A stretch of 64,000 nt of DNA, taken from contig CAYQWZ010000004.1 of NCBI GenBank assembly GCA_964421635.1, forward strand, positions 15,652-79,651. Direction: 5' to 3'. Below the pieces are notes generated by a model. The model was not told where the DNA came from. It ran no database searches and worked only from the letters and a program-made list of their open reading frames with translations. Positions within the stretch are counted from its first letter, which is position 1. Each line of letters begins with the position of its first letter. Of the stretch, positions 10,142-19,135 are shown piece after piece. The translations under genes and the position numbers were made by a program. The DNA comes from an uncultured Candidatus Saccharibacteria bacterium. Its GTDB lineage: Bacteria; Patescibacteriota; UBA1384; CAILIB01; JAUSJZ01.

Positions 10142-11563
10142 GTCGTAGTTAAATCACAGGTTAATAATATTGATGGGGTTTTGACTTATCACTCTCCTTC
10201 TAGTTTATCAGTTGGGCAATTAGTAACAGTCCCCCTACGCGGGCGTATACTACCGGGTTTTGTGGCAAAGATCAACACAGGGGCCAACTTTCGCGCCCAA
10301 ATTAAGCCAATCAAAAATAATTCTAATTTTGTTCTGCCCGAAAATTTCGTCAATTACTTTATGGCCGTAGCGCAATACTATTTAATTTCTCCCTCTACTT
10401 TACTCAAAATGACTTGGCCTTTCTTCAATCAAAAATATGTGAAGTATGAACAAAAAAATAATTTAGATAAGGATTCAAAAAGAGGGTCAACTCTATATTT
10501 CACTCCTAGTATTGAACAAGCTAACCGGCAAGTTTCTAAATTTATCACTATTGGTGCAGACGCTGCCAGCCGTCAACAAATTTTCTGGCAAAGCTTTTTT
10601 AATTCTGTAAATATTGCGGGCAGCCAAAATATTGCCTGGCTGCCTTACAAAAAAATAAATAGAATAATTTTTGACTCTCCTCTTTTAAGCCCTTTTGAAT
10701 CTGCTCGCTCACCAGGAATCCATTCATTATATTTAGCCTCAAAGCTGGCTTTTCACTACGGCTGCCCACTCATTGTGAGAACTGTAATTCCCAAAGAACT
10801 ACTTTGCAAGCGTTACCATATAAAAAATATTACTGTAAGACAACCCCCACTAAATAAAGTTGAAACCGTTCTGACGGCTGAGGGCTGGTTGAATAAAGAG
10901 ATGCAAAACATTATTTCGAATCTGTTGTCAAAGAATAAAAAAGTTGGCATCTATTACAATTCATTATCGAAAATTGACCAGTCGGGCAAAATTCAAGGAT
11001 TAGCAAACCTAGCCAATCAGCTATCAAAAATGTTTTCAATTCCTATTGGGGTAGTTAGCGATAAAGAGAACAGAAACCCGAATGCTCAACTGACCGTCTT
11101 TACTAACAAAATCCTCTATCAACAAATCAGTTTTGACCAAGTTATTGTGCTTGACCCTAAACTGCTTTTATCGCCCAATAGGCCACACAGCCACATTGAA
11201 GCGTTAGAGATTTTAGGATTACTAGCTTCCAGATATAATCTAACAGTTCAATCAAATGACTCAAAAAATGTCTTATTCAAAGCCTGTCAAGCCAATTTTA
11301 ATCCGCAAATTATAAATGCTCTCAACTGGCCCCACTTTAACAAAAGGATAATTCGACTAGTCGCTAAAAAACCAAATATCGAAAATGAGTTAGCTGAACT
11401 GAAAAAAATTAATCCTTCTTTACACCAAAACCTTGAAGGAGAAAGTACAGTTATTACCTTAATGACCAAACAAAAAGTTGATTCTGCCCTAGAGCAGTTC
11501 ATTTTGAAAAATCGAGCAAATTTTAGGATTTTTTCAGATGTATCAAGCCTACAACTTGAATAA
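10130..11563 (+). CDS. PriA-like protein: primosomal protein N' N-terminal 3'-DNA-binding domain without recognisable helicase motifs
   Basis: The N-terminus VHVVVKSQV..GVLTYHSPSSLSVGQLVTVPLRGRILPGFVAKIN matches the PriA N-terminal domain. I found no Walker A (GxGKT) or DEAD/H box in the remaining ~400 aa. Confidence 0.4.
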   Translation: MLVHVVVKSQVNNIDGVLTYHSPSSLSVGQLVTVPLRGRILPGFVAKINTGANFRAQIKPIKNNSNFVLPENFVNYFMAVAQYYLISPSTLLKMTWPFFNQKYVKYEQKNNLDKDSKRGSTLYFTPSIEQANRQVSKFITIGADAASRQQIFWQSFFNSVNIAGSQNIAWLPYKKINRIIFDSPLLSPFESARSPGIHSLYLASKLAFHYGCPLIVRTVIPKELLCKRYHIKNITVRQPPLNKVETVLTAEGWLNKEMQNIISNLLSKNKKVGIYYNSLSKIDQSGKIQGLANLANQLSKMFSIPIGVVSDKENRNPNAQLTVFTNKILYQQISFDQVIVLDPKLLLSPNRPHSHIEALEILGLLASRYNLTVQSNDSKNVLFKACQANFNPQIINALNWPHFNKRIIRLVAKKPNIENELAELKKINPSLHQNLEGESTVITLMTKQKVDSALEQFILKNRANFRIFSDVSSLQLE

Positions 11564-11590
11564 AGATGCTATTTAGACTAATATTCAATC

Positions 11591-12100
11591 GTGTTAAAAA
11601 TAATCACCGAACCCAATAAAGTTTTGCACCAAAAATGTGAGCCTATCACTGAGTTTTCTGATGACCTAAAAAAGTTAGCCTCAGATATGCGCGCTACTAT
11701 GCACAGTAACAAGGGTATGGGTTTGGCCGCACCACAAATAAATAAATCTATTAGATTAACTGTTATTGAATATCTACCCAAAGATAAAGACGGCAATTTA
11801 ATCAAAAGTGAGGTTATTCCCTTTATAGCGCTTGTTAATCCTGAAATTACTTGGACTAGTTCAAAAACAGTACAAATAGCAGAAGGATGTCTCTCTATTC
11901 CCGGATTTGAAGGAGAGGTAATTCGGCCAAAAAGGGTCAAAGTTAAAGCTCAAAATTTAAATGGAGAAAAAATTGTACTTAAGGCTTCGGGTCTTTTGGC
12001 TCGCATCGTTCAACACGAAATAGATCACTTAAACGGCATTTTGTACTCTGAGAAATTAGCGCCAAACAGCTCTTTGCAACCTGTAAAACCAGCTATCTAA
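11591..12100 (+). CDS. def: peptide deformylase
   Basis: Carries all three PDF motifs: GLAAPQI, EGCLSIPG and QHEIDHLNG. Confidence 0.92.
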   Translation: MLKIITEPNKVLHQKCEPITEFSDDLKKLASDMRATMHSNKGMGLAAPQINKSIRLTVIEYLPKDKDGNLIKSEVIPFIALVNPEITWTSSKTVQIAEGCLSIPGFEGEVIRPKRVKVKAQNLNGEKIVLKASGLLARIVQHEIDHLNGILYSEKLAPNSSLQPVKPAI

Positions 12101-12130
12101 ATTATGCGCATAAATATTTGGCTTTTGCAC

Positions 12131-12159
12131 TTGACAAATGGTCTTTTTTTTGATAATGT
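12131..12159 (+). promoter_or_regulatory. near-consensus sigma70 promoter (TTGACA-17 nt-TAATGT) driving the GC-rich unit
   Basis: TTGACA at 12131-12136 and TAATGT at 12154-12159 with an exact 17-nt spacer. The predicted start site is near 12166. Confidence 0.6.
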
Positions 12160-12165
12160 ATTTGC

Positions 12166-13112
12166 ACGCTCGCATGTAGGGCCGCCCCATGATGGGCAGG
12201 CCAACACCCGAGCGCATTAACAACACGGTCCTGACATGTCACCTTGTAGCTCATCTTGGGCTACGGTGGGTGAATGCCCGGATCTCTCAGCTACGAGGGA
12301 ACTCGTAGACGCTACCCTAGATTGGAGTACCGTGTGACGAAGCCCGCGTGCTTCGTAGCGAGGAGCCACACCGTGCGGGACGGTGGTTAGGCTTTCCGGC
12401 ACCAAGCGTTGGTGACCAGGGCTCACAGGGTGGGTGCACTTGCCAGAGAGAGCCAGACAGGACTCTAAGAAGTTAGTCCCTGGCTTAACTTGGTAGGGCG
12501 TCCGCCTTGGCACAAGTACATCGACAGCGCAGTCGGGCTCGGGTGGGTGGCTCGAACGCCACTTCCCTGAGCCCGCCATCATCACTCTGAACCGCTCCGC
12601 TACAAAAGCGGCGGCGACCCATCGCGAAGAAGACGAAGGAGAGACAGATCATGATGCTCCGCGGACCGACGATGGCGCTGCACCGCAGCGACCATAAGAC
12701 CACCTGATCGACGCGCGCCACGGCCGCCTACTCGGCCGGCCGGCAGTAGGCTCTAACGCCTCTAGCCGGCCGGCCCCACCAACACCCTAGTACAAGAAAG
12801 GGTATAGTCGTGAATCAGCTGAACATCTAGGGGGTGTCTGCAACGCCTCCCTAAGACCACCTAAATTCCCAGAGAGAGACTGAATTCACTACCAGTCACC
12901 TCTCAGGTCAAGCTCGAGAGAGTATGCAGCCGGCAGCCGGATAGCTGACAGTCTCGCAAAGCCTGCGAGCCGAGTGAACAAGGCAAAACAAAAGAAAGGA
13001 GTACCGCATGCAGCGGTACCCGACCGGATTTCGTTAACTCGTGGGCTTCGGCCCACGGACAACCAAAGACCCGCGCCATGATCCCTTCGGGGTGAGCGCG
13101 GGTCTTCGCTTT
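12166..13112 (+). ncRNA. candidate large (~950 nt) GC-rich structured ncRNA of unknown class between def and fmt
   Basis: This ~1 kb block is far GC-richer (roughly 60% by eye) than the flanking low-GC DNA. It has no sense-strand ORF of 60 aa or more. Strand-specific UUCG tetraloop hairpins are present (GTGGGCTTCGGCCCAC and CCCTTCGGGG), along with long perfect stems such as GGCCGGCCGGC...GCCGGCCGGCC. It runs from a consensus promoter to an intrinsic terminator. Confidence 0.5.
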
Positions 13113-13116
13113 GTCT
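13067..13116 (+). terminator. intrinsic terminator ending the GC-rich unit
   Basis: 10-bp GC stem AGACCCGCGC...GCGCGGGTCT around a CCCTTCGGGG hairpin, followed by the T-rich tract TCGCTTTGTCT. Confidence 0.55.
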
Positions 13117-13141
13117 AAAAATTTAAATCCTGCTACCCTTA

Positions 13142-14020
13142 ATGGCAATGAAACAAAAAATAATCTTTTTCGGCACTCCGGTAATAGCCGCCCACACCCT
13201 ACAAAAATTGAACTCTAAATTTGATATTGTTTTAATAATTACGGAACCCGACAAACCTTCAGGTCGTGGCTTAAAAACAGAACCTACACCTGTAAAAAAG
13301 CTCGCCAAAAAACTGAACCTGAAAATTGCTCAACCCAAAAATAAGCAAGAAATTACCAACATTTTAAAGAAGAAAAATGCAAACTTGGGAGTTATCATCG
13401 CTTACGGTCAAATATTGCCTCAAGAAGCCATTAAAAGCGTTTCTGGGGGCATTTTGAACATTCATGGCTCAATATTGCCTAAGTACAGAGGTTCGTCACC
13501 TATTCAGCAGGCAATTTTAAACGGAGATAAAACCACTGGCGTTACTATAATGAAAATTAATGAAGGAGTAGACACAGGCGATATTTTAGCTACTAAAAAG
13601 GTCAAAATTGCATTTAACGACACTACTGCCACACTGGCTCAAAAACTAGTTGAGGTCGGCACAAAACTACTAATAGAAGTAATTCCAAAATATCTCGACG
13701 GCCAAATAAAGCTTAAAGCTCAACCAAAAAAAGGCAGTTTGGCGCCAAAAATTACGAAAGATATGGGTCAAATCAATTGGTCAGATTCAGCCGAAAAAAT
13801 TGACAGACAGATTCGAGCCTTTCAGCCTTGGCCAAAATCCTTTACTACATACAATAATAAAAGATTAATCATTCACCAAGCAAAAATTGTAAATAAACAG
13901 TTAATTCCGCAAATTGTGCAAATTGCCAACAAAAAAAGTACCAGCTGGCAAGATTTTCTGAATGGTCAGCACCTAACGCAAGATCAAGCCTTGAGCGAAA
14001 TATTGCGCCAAAACACTTGA
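13142..14020 (+). CDS. fmt: methionyl-tRNA formyltransferase
   Basis: IIFFGTP N-terminus and the formyltransferase core (HGSILPKYRGSSPIQQAILNGD). It is the canonical partner of def. Confidence 0.9.
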   Translation: MAMKQKIIFFGTPVIAAHTLQKLNSKFDIVLIITEPDKPSGRGLKTEPTPVKKLAKKLNLKIAQPKNKQEITNILKKKNANLGVIIAYGQILPQEAIKSVSGGILNIHGSILPKYRGSSPIQQAILNGDKTTGVTIMKINEGVDTGDILATKKVKIAFNDTTATLAQKLVEVGTKLLIEVIPKYLDGQIKLKAQPKKGSLAPKITKDMGQINWSDSAEKIDRQIRAFQPWPKSFTTYNNKRLIIHQAKIVNKQLIPQIVQIANKKSTSWQDFLNGQHLTQDQALSEILRQNT

Positions 14021-14068
14021 CCAGATTGACTACTCCTGTTATTCTCTACTATGTACACAAAATAAAAT

Positions 14069-14452
14069 ATGGTAATTATAAGATTGCGTCGGGGCGGAAG
14101 ACGTCACGAACCACATTACAGAATTGTAGCTCAAGAGAAGCGTTCAAAATTGAACGGTGCTTTTATTGAGAGTATCGGTCATTATCATCCGGCTACAAAA
14201 GATAAGGAGCTGGTGATAGACGCTGACCGAGCTAAATATTGGCTTGCACAAGGTGCACAGCTTTCTGTAACCGTAAATAATCTTTTTGTAAAAGAAGAAA
14301 TATTACCTAAAAAAAATAAGATTAGCCGAGTGTATAATAAGAAAAAGAAGAAAGATGAAGAAGGTGAAGAAAAGAAGGAAGAGGTCAAAACAGAAGAGAA
14401 AGCAGAAGTGAAAGAAGAGAAAGAGAAGGAAGAGAAAACAGAAACCAAATAA
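14069..14452 (+). CDS. rpsP: 30S ribosomal protein S16 with KE-rich C-terminal extension
   Basis: MVIIRLRRGGRRHEPHYRIVAQEKRSKLNG...GHYHP is canonical S16. The C-terminal ~45 aa are a lysine/glutamate-rich low-complexity tail. Confidence 0.9.
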   Translation: MVIIRLRRGGRRHEPHYRIVAQEKRSKLNGAFIESIGHYHPATKDKELVIDADRAKYWLAQGAQLSVTVNNLFVKEEILPKKNKISRVYNKKKKKDEEGEEKKEEVKTEEKAEVKEEKEKEEKTETK

Positions 14453-14485
14453 ATTTATAGAAAAATCGAAAAGTAAAGAATAGAT

Positions 14486-14899
14486 ATGACAGAAGAAAAC
14501 AAGGATGTACAGTTCGTCGAAACTGTCACCAAAATGCTAGTAGAACAACCAGATATGGTTGAGGTTAACAGAACAGTTGATGACTTGGGTGTTTTAATCA
14601 CACTTAAAGTCGCAGCCGCTGACATGGCTACAATAATTGGTCGTGAAGGAAGAGCTGCTAAAGCTGTTAGAACATTGTTAAGAATTATCGGCGCTAAGAA
14701 AAATGAGCGCGTTAATCTAAAGATTGTTGAGCCTGAAGGTAGTGAGCATGAATCTGCTCCAGCCAGACAAGTATCAGAGGCTCCAGCTGAGGAAATTCCG
14801 GCAGAAGAGGCGCCAGTTGAAGAAGCCCCAATCGAAGAAGCGCCAGCTGAGCAACCTGAAGATGACATTTTGGGAGATATTCCAGAACCATTAGCTTAA
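14486..14899 (+). CDS. KH-domain RNA-binding protein (YlqC/UPF0109 family) with acidic proline/alanine-repeat tail
   Basis: KH motif VIGREGRAAKAVRTLLRI in the conserved rpsP-KH-trmD position. The C-terminus is EAPAEE/EEAPVEEAPIEEAPAE repeats. Confidence 0.7.
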   Translation: MTEENKDVQFVETVTKMLVEQPDMVEVNRTVDDLGVLITLKVAAADMATIIGREGRAAKAVRTLLRIIGAKKNERVNLKIVEPEGSEHESAPARQVSEAPAEEIPAEEAPVEEAPIEEAPAEQPEDDILGDIPEPLA

Positions 14900-14960
14900 A
14901 TTACAATGAACGAAGTAACCGCCTCTGCTTTGCATGCGGTTATTTTGTTTAAATGAAGAT

Positions 14961-15620
14961 ATGAAGTTTAATATAATCACCCTATTTCCGAAACAGACCA
15001 AGACAATGCTAGATTTTTCAATCCTTAAAAATGCCCAAGAGAAAGATCTTATCTCAATAGATTTTCATAATCTACGCGATTTCGGATTTGGTAAATTCAA
15101 ACAAGTCGACGACACACCTTACGGCGGTGGCTCAGGCATGGTTTTAAAGCCAGATGTGGTTTTGCCCGCCATTGAAAGTGTCAAAAAAAGTAATCCTCGA
15201 GCAAAGGTTATCGCTCTAACACCCAAAGGCATTCGGTTCAATCAAGCCAAAGCCGAGGAGTTAGCCAAAGAGAAGAACTTAATTTTAGTAGCCGGTCATT
15301 ACGAAGGATTCGACCAGCGCATTTTAGACGAAGTAGATGAACAAATCTCTATCGGCGATTTTGTGATAACGGGCGGAGAGTTAGCAGCGGCTGTCGTTGT
15401 CGATGCCGTAGCCAGACTACAAGCTGGCGTTTTGGCAGACAACTCAGCCCACGAAGAAAGTCATAGCCTAAAAAATGATAAGGGCGAGCGCTTGGTCGAG
15501 TATCCGCAGTACACTCGCCCCGAAGTTTACAAAGACAAAAAAGTGCCAGATGTCTTATTATCGGGCAATCACCAAAAGATCGCCGATTGGCGAGAACAGC
15601 AAAGCAAGAAAACTAAGTAG
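14961..15620 (+). CDS. trmD: tRNA (guanine37-N1)-methyltransferase
   Basis: SPOUT-fold motifs FNIITLFP, GGGSGMVLKPDV, GHYEGFDQR and ISIGDFVITGGELAA. The start is placed at the MKFNI Met, since the upstream extension is probably not translated. Confidence 0.9.
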   Translation: MKFNIITLFPKQTKTMLDFSILKNAQEKDLISIDFHNLRDFGFGKFKQVDDTPYGGGSGMVLKPDVVLPAIESVKKSNPRAKVIALTPKGIRFNQAKAEELAKEKNLILVAGHYEGFDQRILDEVDEQISIGDFVITGGELAAAVVVDAVARLQAGVLADNSAHEESHSLKNDKGERLVEYPQYTRPEVYKDKKVPDVLLSGNHQKIADWREQQSKKTK

Positions 15621-16212
15621 TTCTTTTTTTATTAACAATAGCGCGCTCGCTTTGTTTAATAATAGTAATACAGGTTCGCATTGCGAGATACCATATCCAT
15701 AAGAAAAAGAGTACCGTTAATACAAAAACTTCTGTACTATCATCTCCGCTAATCGAATTTACAGCCACAGTCATAACCCAGTTTAAAAAAATCACAATTG
15801 ATAACACTGGTATTAAAAAATAAGATAGATTCTTAGCCACTTTCCCATTACATCTACGCCATATTGACCGTCGATCTGTAAAAAAGAATACATAAAAAGA
15901 ACGCAATACTACCCACGCTGGTAAAACTAAAATTACCAAAGATGCTATCACTCCAAATATTGCCATAATAATATTAAAAATTAGTAGCTGGCTTTCATCT
16001 GTCAAAAAACTCCAAGTCATTTCAAGTACTATTACTAAAATAAAGAGCACCGGCACTCCTATTAACCAAGCGCGTTCTATTTTTGACCACAGACTAATTT
16101 CTTTCATACTAATATCATATCTTTTTTTTGAACAAATCACACCACAACCCCATACCGAACATAGACCGAACTTGGTATAAATGTTAAAGTTATTAAGATG
16201 TTTATTTTGCAA
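15613..16212 (-). CDS. hypothetical polytopic membrane protein
   Basis: 199-aa ORF with four or more hydrophobic helices and no recognisable motif. Confidence 0.4.
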   Translation of the reverse strand: MQNKHLNNFNIYTKFGLCSVWGCGVICSKKRYDISMKEISLWSKIERAWLIGVPVLFILVIVLEMTWSFLTDESQLLIFNIIMAIFGVIASLVILVLPAWVVLRSFYVFFFTDRRSIWRRCNGKVAKNLSYFLIPVLSIVIFLNWVMTVAVNSISGDDSTEVFVLTVLFFLWIWYLAMRTCITIIKQSERAIVNKKRTT

Positions 16213-18147
16213 TCCGATTATTCGCCAACGGGTGACCAGCCGGCGGCGATAGAAAAATTATTAAAAGGATTAAAAAACAAAGCTGCTATGCAGACTCTTT
16301 TAGGCGTGACTGGCTCTGGCAAAACTTTTACTGTGGCTAACATTATTGCCAAAATCCAAAAACCAACTTTAATTATTGCTCACAACAAAACCTTAGCCGC
16401 CCAACTTTGGGCCGAAATGAAAGAGTACTTCCCCGACAACGAGGTGCACTACTTTGTCAGCTACTACGATTACTATCAGCCAGAAGCGTACATTCCCGCC
16501 ACAGACACCTACATTGAAAAAGATTTAGCAATCAACGACGAAATAGACAAACTGCGCCACGCCGCCACTCACGCTCTACTGACCAAGGATGATGTAATAA
16601 TAGTGGCCACCGTCAGCTGCATTTACGGCTTAGGCTCTCCCGAAATATATTCCAAACACAGCCTAAAAATTAAAAAAGGCCAAACCATCAGCCAAAGCCA
16701 ACTGCTGCGCAAGCTGACTGATATGCATTACGAGCGCAATGATTTGGAATTAAAAAGAGGGCGGTTCAGAGTATCTGGCGAAAATATTGACATCTATCCT
16801 GTTTATGACGATGTCGTTTTGAGAATCAACCTCAACTTTGAATCAATCGACCAAATACGCCTGCTCCACCCTGTCACTTTCCAGCCTATCAGAGAGGTAG
16901 ATGACGAAATCATTTTCCCGGCTAAACATTACTTAACCGAAGAGAAACATATCAAGGCTACACTGAAGCAAATCGAACAAGATATGAAGCGCGAAGTTAA
17001 AGCATTGGAAGACAACGACAAACTGCTTGAGGCCCGCAGGTTAGGGCAGCGCACCAAGTACGACCTTGAAATGATTAAAGAGACTGGCCATGTTAAAGGC
17101 ATCGAAAACTACTCACGCTATTTTGACAATCGCCAAGCTGGTTCTCCCCCATCCGTCTTGCTAGATTATTTTCCAAAAAATTATTTGTTGTTTATAGATG
17201 AGTCACATATGACAATTCCGCAAATTGGCGGCATGTATTTTGGCGATCTTTCCCGTAAAAATAATTTGATAGAGCACGGATTCAGACTAAAAGCAGCCCG
17301 CGATAACCGACCGTTAAAATTTGATGAATTCAAAAAACGGATGGGCCAGACTATCGCCGTATCCGCTACACCAAACGACTACGAGCTTACAAACTCCGAC
17401 CAAATTGTTGAACAGCTAATTCGACCAACGGGTCTTATTGACCCAGTGGTTGAGGTGCGACCGATAACCAACCAAGTGCCCGACCTTATAAAAGAAATCA
17501 AAAAGCGCATCAAAAACAAACAACGCACCCTAGTCACCACCTTAACAAAAAGGATGTCGGAAGATTTGGCAGAATATTTAGCTGAGAAAGATATTAAAGT
17601 GCAGTATTTACATTCCGAAATTATCACTCAAGAGCGATCTGAAATTTTGAAGCAGCTGCGCGAAGGAAAGTTCGATGTCTTAGTCGGCATCAATTTACTG
17701 CGCGAAGGGCTTGACCTGCCTGAAGTCAGTTTAGTAGCCATCTTGGACGCCGATAAAGAAGGATTTCTCCGTTCAGCGACATCCTTAATTCAAACTATTG
17801 GACGAGCCGCCAGACACCTAGATGGTAAAGTAATTTTGTACGCCGACCGCGAAACTAAAAGCATTAAACGGGCGCTGCGCGAAACTAACCGTCGCCGAAA
17901 AATTCAGCAAGCCTATAATAAAAAACACCATATTACTCCAGCCAGCATTCAAAAAGCCATCAAAGAAAGCGGGCTTTTAGGTGCTGATCGACTCAAGAAT
18001 GTATCCAAAAAACATCTGACCCGTGAGCAGCGAGCCAACCTAATAGAAGATTTATTTGACGAAATGAAGGTTGCCGCCGAAAATCTCGATTTTGAAAGAG
18101 CTGGAATTATTCGCGATGAAATAAAGAAACTGAAAGCCAAGAGTTGA
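16198..18147 (+). CDS. uvrB: excinuclease ABC subunit B (UvrB)
   Basis: Helicase motif I GVTGSGKTFTVANIIA, the DESH box (FIDESHMT), and the C-terminal UvrC-interaction coil ENLDFERAGIIRDEIKKLK. Confidence 0.95.
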   Translation: MFILQSDYSPTGDQPAAIEKLLKGLKNKAAMQTLLGVTGSGKTFTVANIIAKIQKPTLIIAHNKTLAAQLWAEMKEYFPDNEVHYFVSYYDYYQPEAYIPATDTYIEKDLAINDEIDKLRHAATHALLTKDDVIIVATVSCIYGLGSPEIYSKHSLKIKKGQTISQSQLLRKLTDMHYERNDLELKRGRFRVSGENIDIYPVYDDVVLRINLNFESIDQIRLLHPVTFQPIREVDDEIIFPAKHYLTEEKHIKATLKQIEQDMKREVKALEDNDKLLEARRLGQRTKYDLEMIKETGHVKGIENYSRYFDNRQAGSPPSVLLDYFPKNYLLFIDESHMTIPQIGGMYFGDLSRKNNLIEHGFRLKAARDNRPLKFDEFKKRMGQTIAVSATPNDYELTNSDQIVEQLIRPTGLIDPVVEVRPITNQVPDLIKEIKKRIKNKQRTLVTTLTKRMSEDLAEYLAEKDIKVQYLHSEIITQERSEILKQLREGKFDVLVGINLLREGLDLPEVSLVAILDADKEGFLRSATSLIQTIGRAARHLDGKVILYADRETKSIKRALRETNRRRKIQQAYNKKHHITPASIQKAIKESGLLGADRLKNVSKKHLTREQRANLIEDLFDEMKVAAENLDFERAGIIRDEIKKLKAKS

Positions 18148-18379
18148 CAAATAGCTAAAAATGTTTAGAATAACTAGTGTCCTATGAATGAACAAGACAA
18201 CGAAATTCATCACATTCAATTTTTCGATAGCAATGGTGATTTGCCTACCAGCATAACTATATTGGTACGAAGAAAAAAAGGACGCGAGAAGAAAAATCGA
18301 AATCCTATCAGCTCAGATAATTTACTCGAAATTCACCAAGAGCTAAAAACAAAAAAATCAATTAAGCAAATATTAAGCC

Positions 18380-19135
18380 ATGGTAAGCCAAGCAAGCGAA
18401 AAGGTTGAGCTGCAAGCAGTCAGCCGAGATGACAAGAAAGCCAAGCATATTAGAAAAGAAGGATTCGTTCCGGCAGTTTTGTATGGCAAGAAAACAGACA
18501 ACAGAAATATTCAAATAAATACTTTAAAGTTGGCTGCCCTATTGCGAGAGCACGGCACCACCTCTTTGATTGATTTAAAGATAGATAAAGAGAAAGAGAT
18601 AAAAGTGCTAATTCGCGAGCCTCAATTTAATCCGGTGACTTATGATCTTGTACATACAGATTTTTATAAAGTAGATCTTACCCAAAAAATTACTTCTGCT
18701 ATTCCGGTAGTATTTAAAGGCCATAGCCCTGCGGTTGAAGATTTGGGTGGTTCATTAATTGAAACCAAATCAGAAGTTGAAGTTGAGTGTTTGCCACAAG
18801 ACTTGCCATCTGAGCTTGTGGTTAAAATTAGTGCTTTGAAAACTTTTGAAGATGTTATGCATGTTAGCGACATTGAAGTGCCAGCTGGCGTTGAAATTTT
18901 AGATGAACCAAATGAAGTACTAGCATCTGTCGCTGAGCCTCGCTCAGAAGAAGAATTGGCTGCCCTAGACGAAGATATTGAAGAGAATGTTGAAGATGTT
19001 GAAGTTGAAGGTGCCGAAGAAGGTGAAGAAGGCGCCGAGGAAGAAGGTGAGGGTGCAGAAGGTGATGTTGATTCTGAAGACAGCGAAAAACCAGCTGAAG
19101 ATAAATCCAATAGTGGTGAAGCCAAAGAGGCTTAA
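18380..19135 (+). CDS. rplY: 50S ribosomal protein L25/general stress protein Ctc with acidic tail
   Basis: VSRDDKKAKHIRKEGFVPAVLYGK...VHTDFYKVD matches the L25/Ctc N- and beta-barrel domains. The last ~60 aa are strongly acidic (EEGEEGAEEEGEGAEGD). Confidence 0.85.
   Translation: MVSQASEKVELQAVSRDDKKAKHIRKEGFVPAVLYGKKTDNRNIQINTLKLAALLREHGTTSLIDLKIDKEKEIKVLIREPQFNPVTYDLVHTDFYKVDLTQKITSAIPVVFKGHSPAVEDLGGSLIETKSEVEVECLPQDLPSELVVKISALKTFEDVMHVSDIEVPAGVEILDEPNEVLASVAEPRSEEELAALDEDIEENVEDVEVEGAEEGEEGAEEEGEGAEGDVDSEDSEKPAEDKSNSGEAKEA

Noticed and set aside
12217-13148. Minus-strand ORFs of 122, 78 and 81 aa inside the GC-rich unit
   Set aside because: They are antisense to the promoter and terminator orientation, Arg/Pro/Gly/Ala-rich as expected for random GC-rich sequence, and have no motifs. 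They are treated as artefacts of base composition.
14455-14868. 137-aa minus-strand ORF antisense to the KH-protein gene
   Set aside because: It is a Ser/Ala/Thr-rich low-complexity mirror of the acidic-repeat coding strand. The sense-strand KH gene is well supported.
18184-18408. 74-aa basic ORF between uvrB and rplY
   Set aside because: It has no motif and overlaps the rplY start region. It may be a leader or a chance ORF, and there is not enough evidence to call a gene.
18978-19112. N-terminal 45 codons of the ORF-track call for the methylthiotransferase
   Set aside because: They overlap the rplY coding region in another frame and give a lysine-rich junk peptide. The homologous MTTase sequence starts only after the rplY stop, so a downstream GTG start is preferred.
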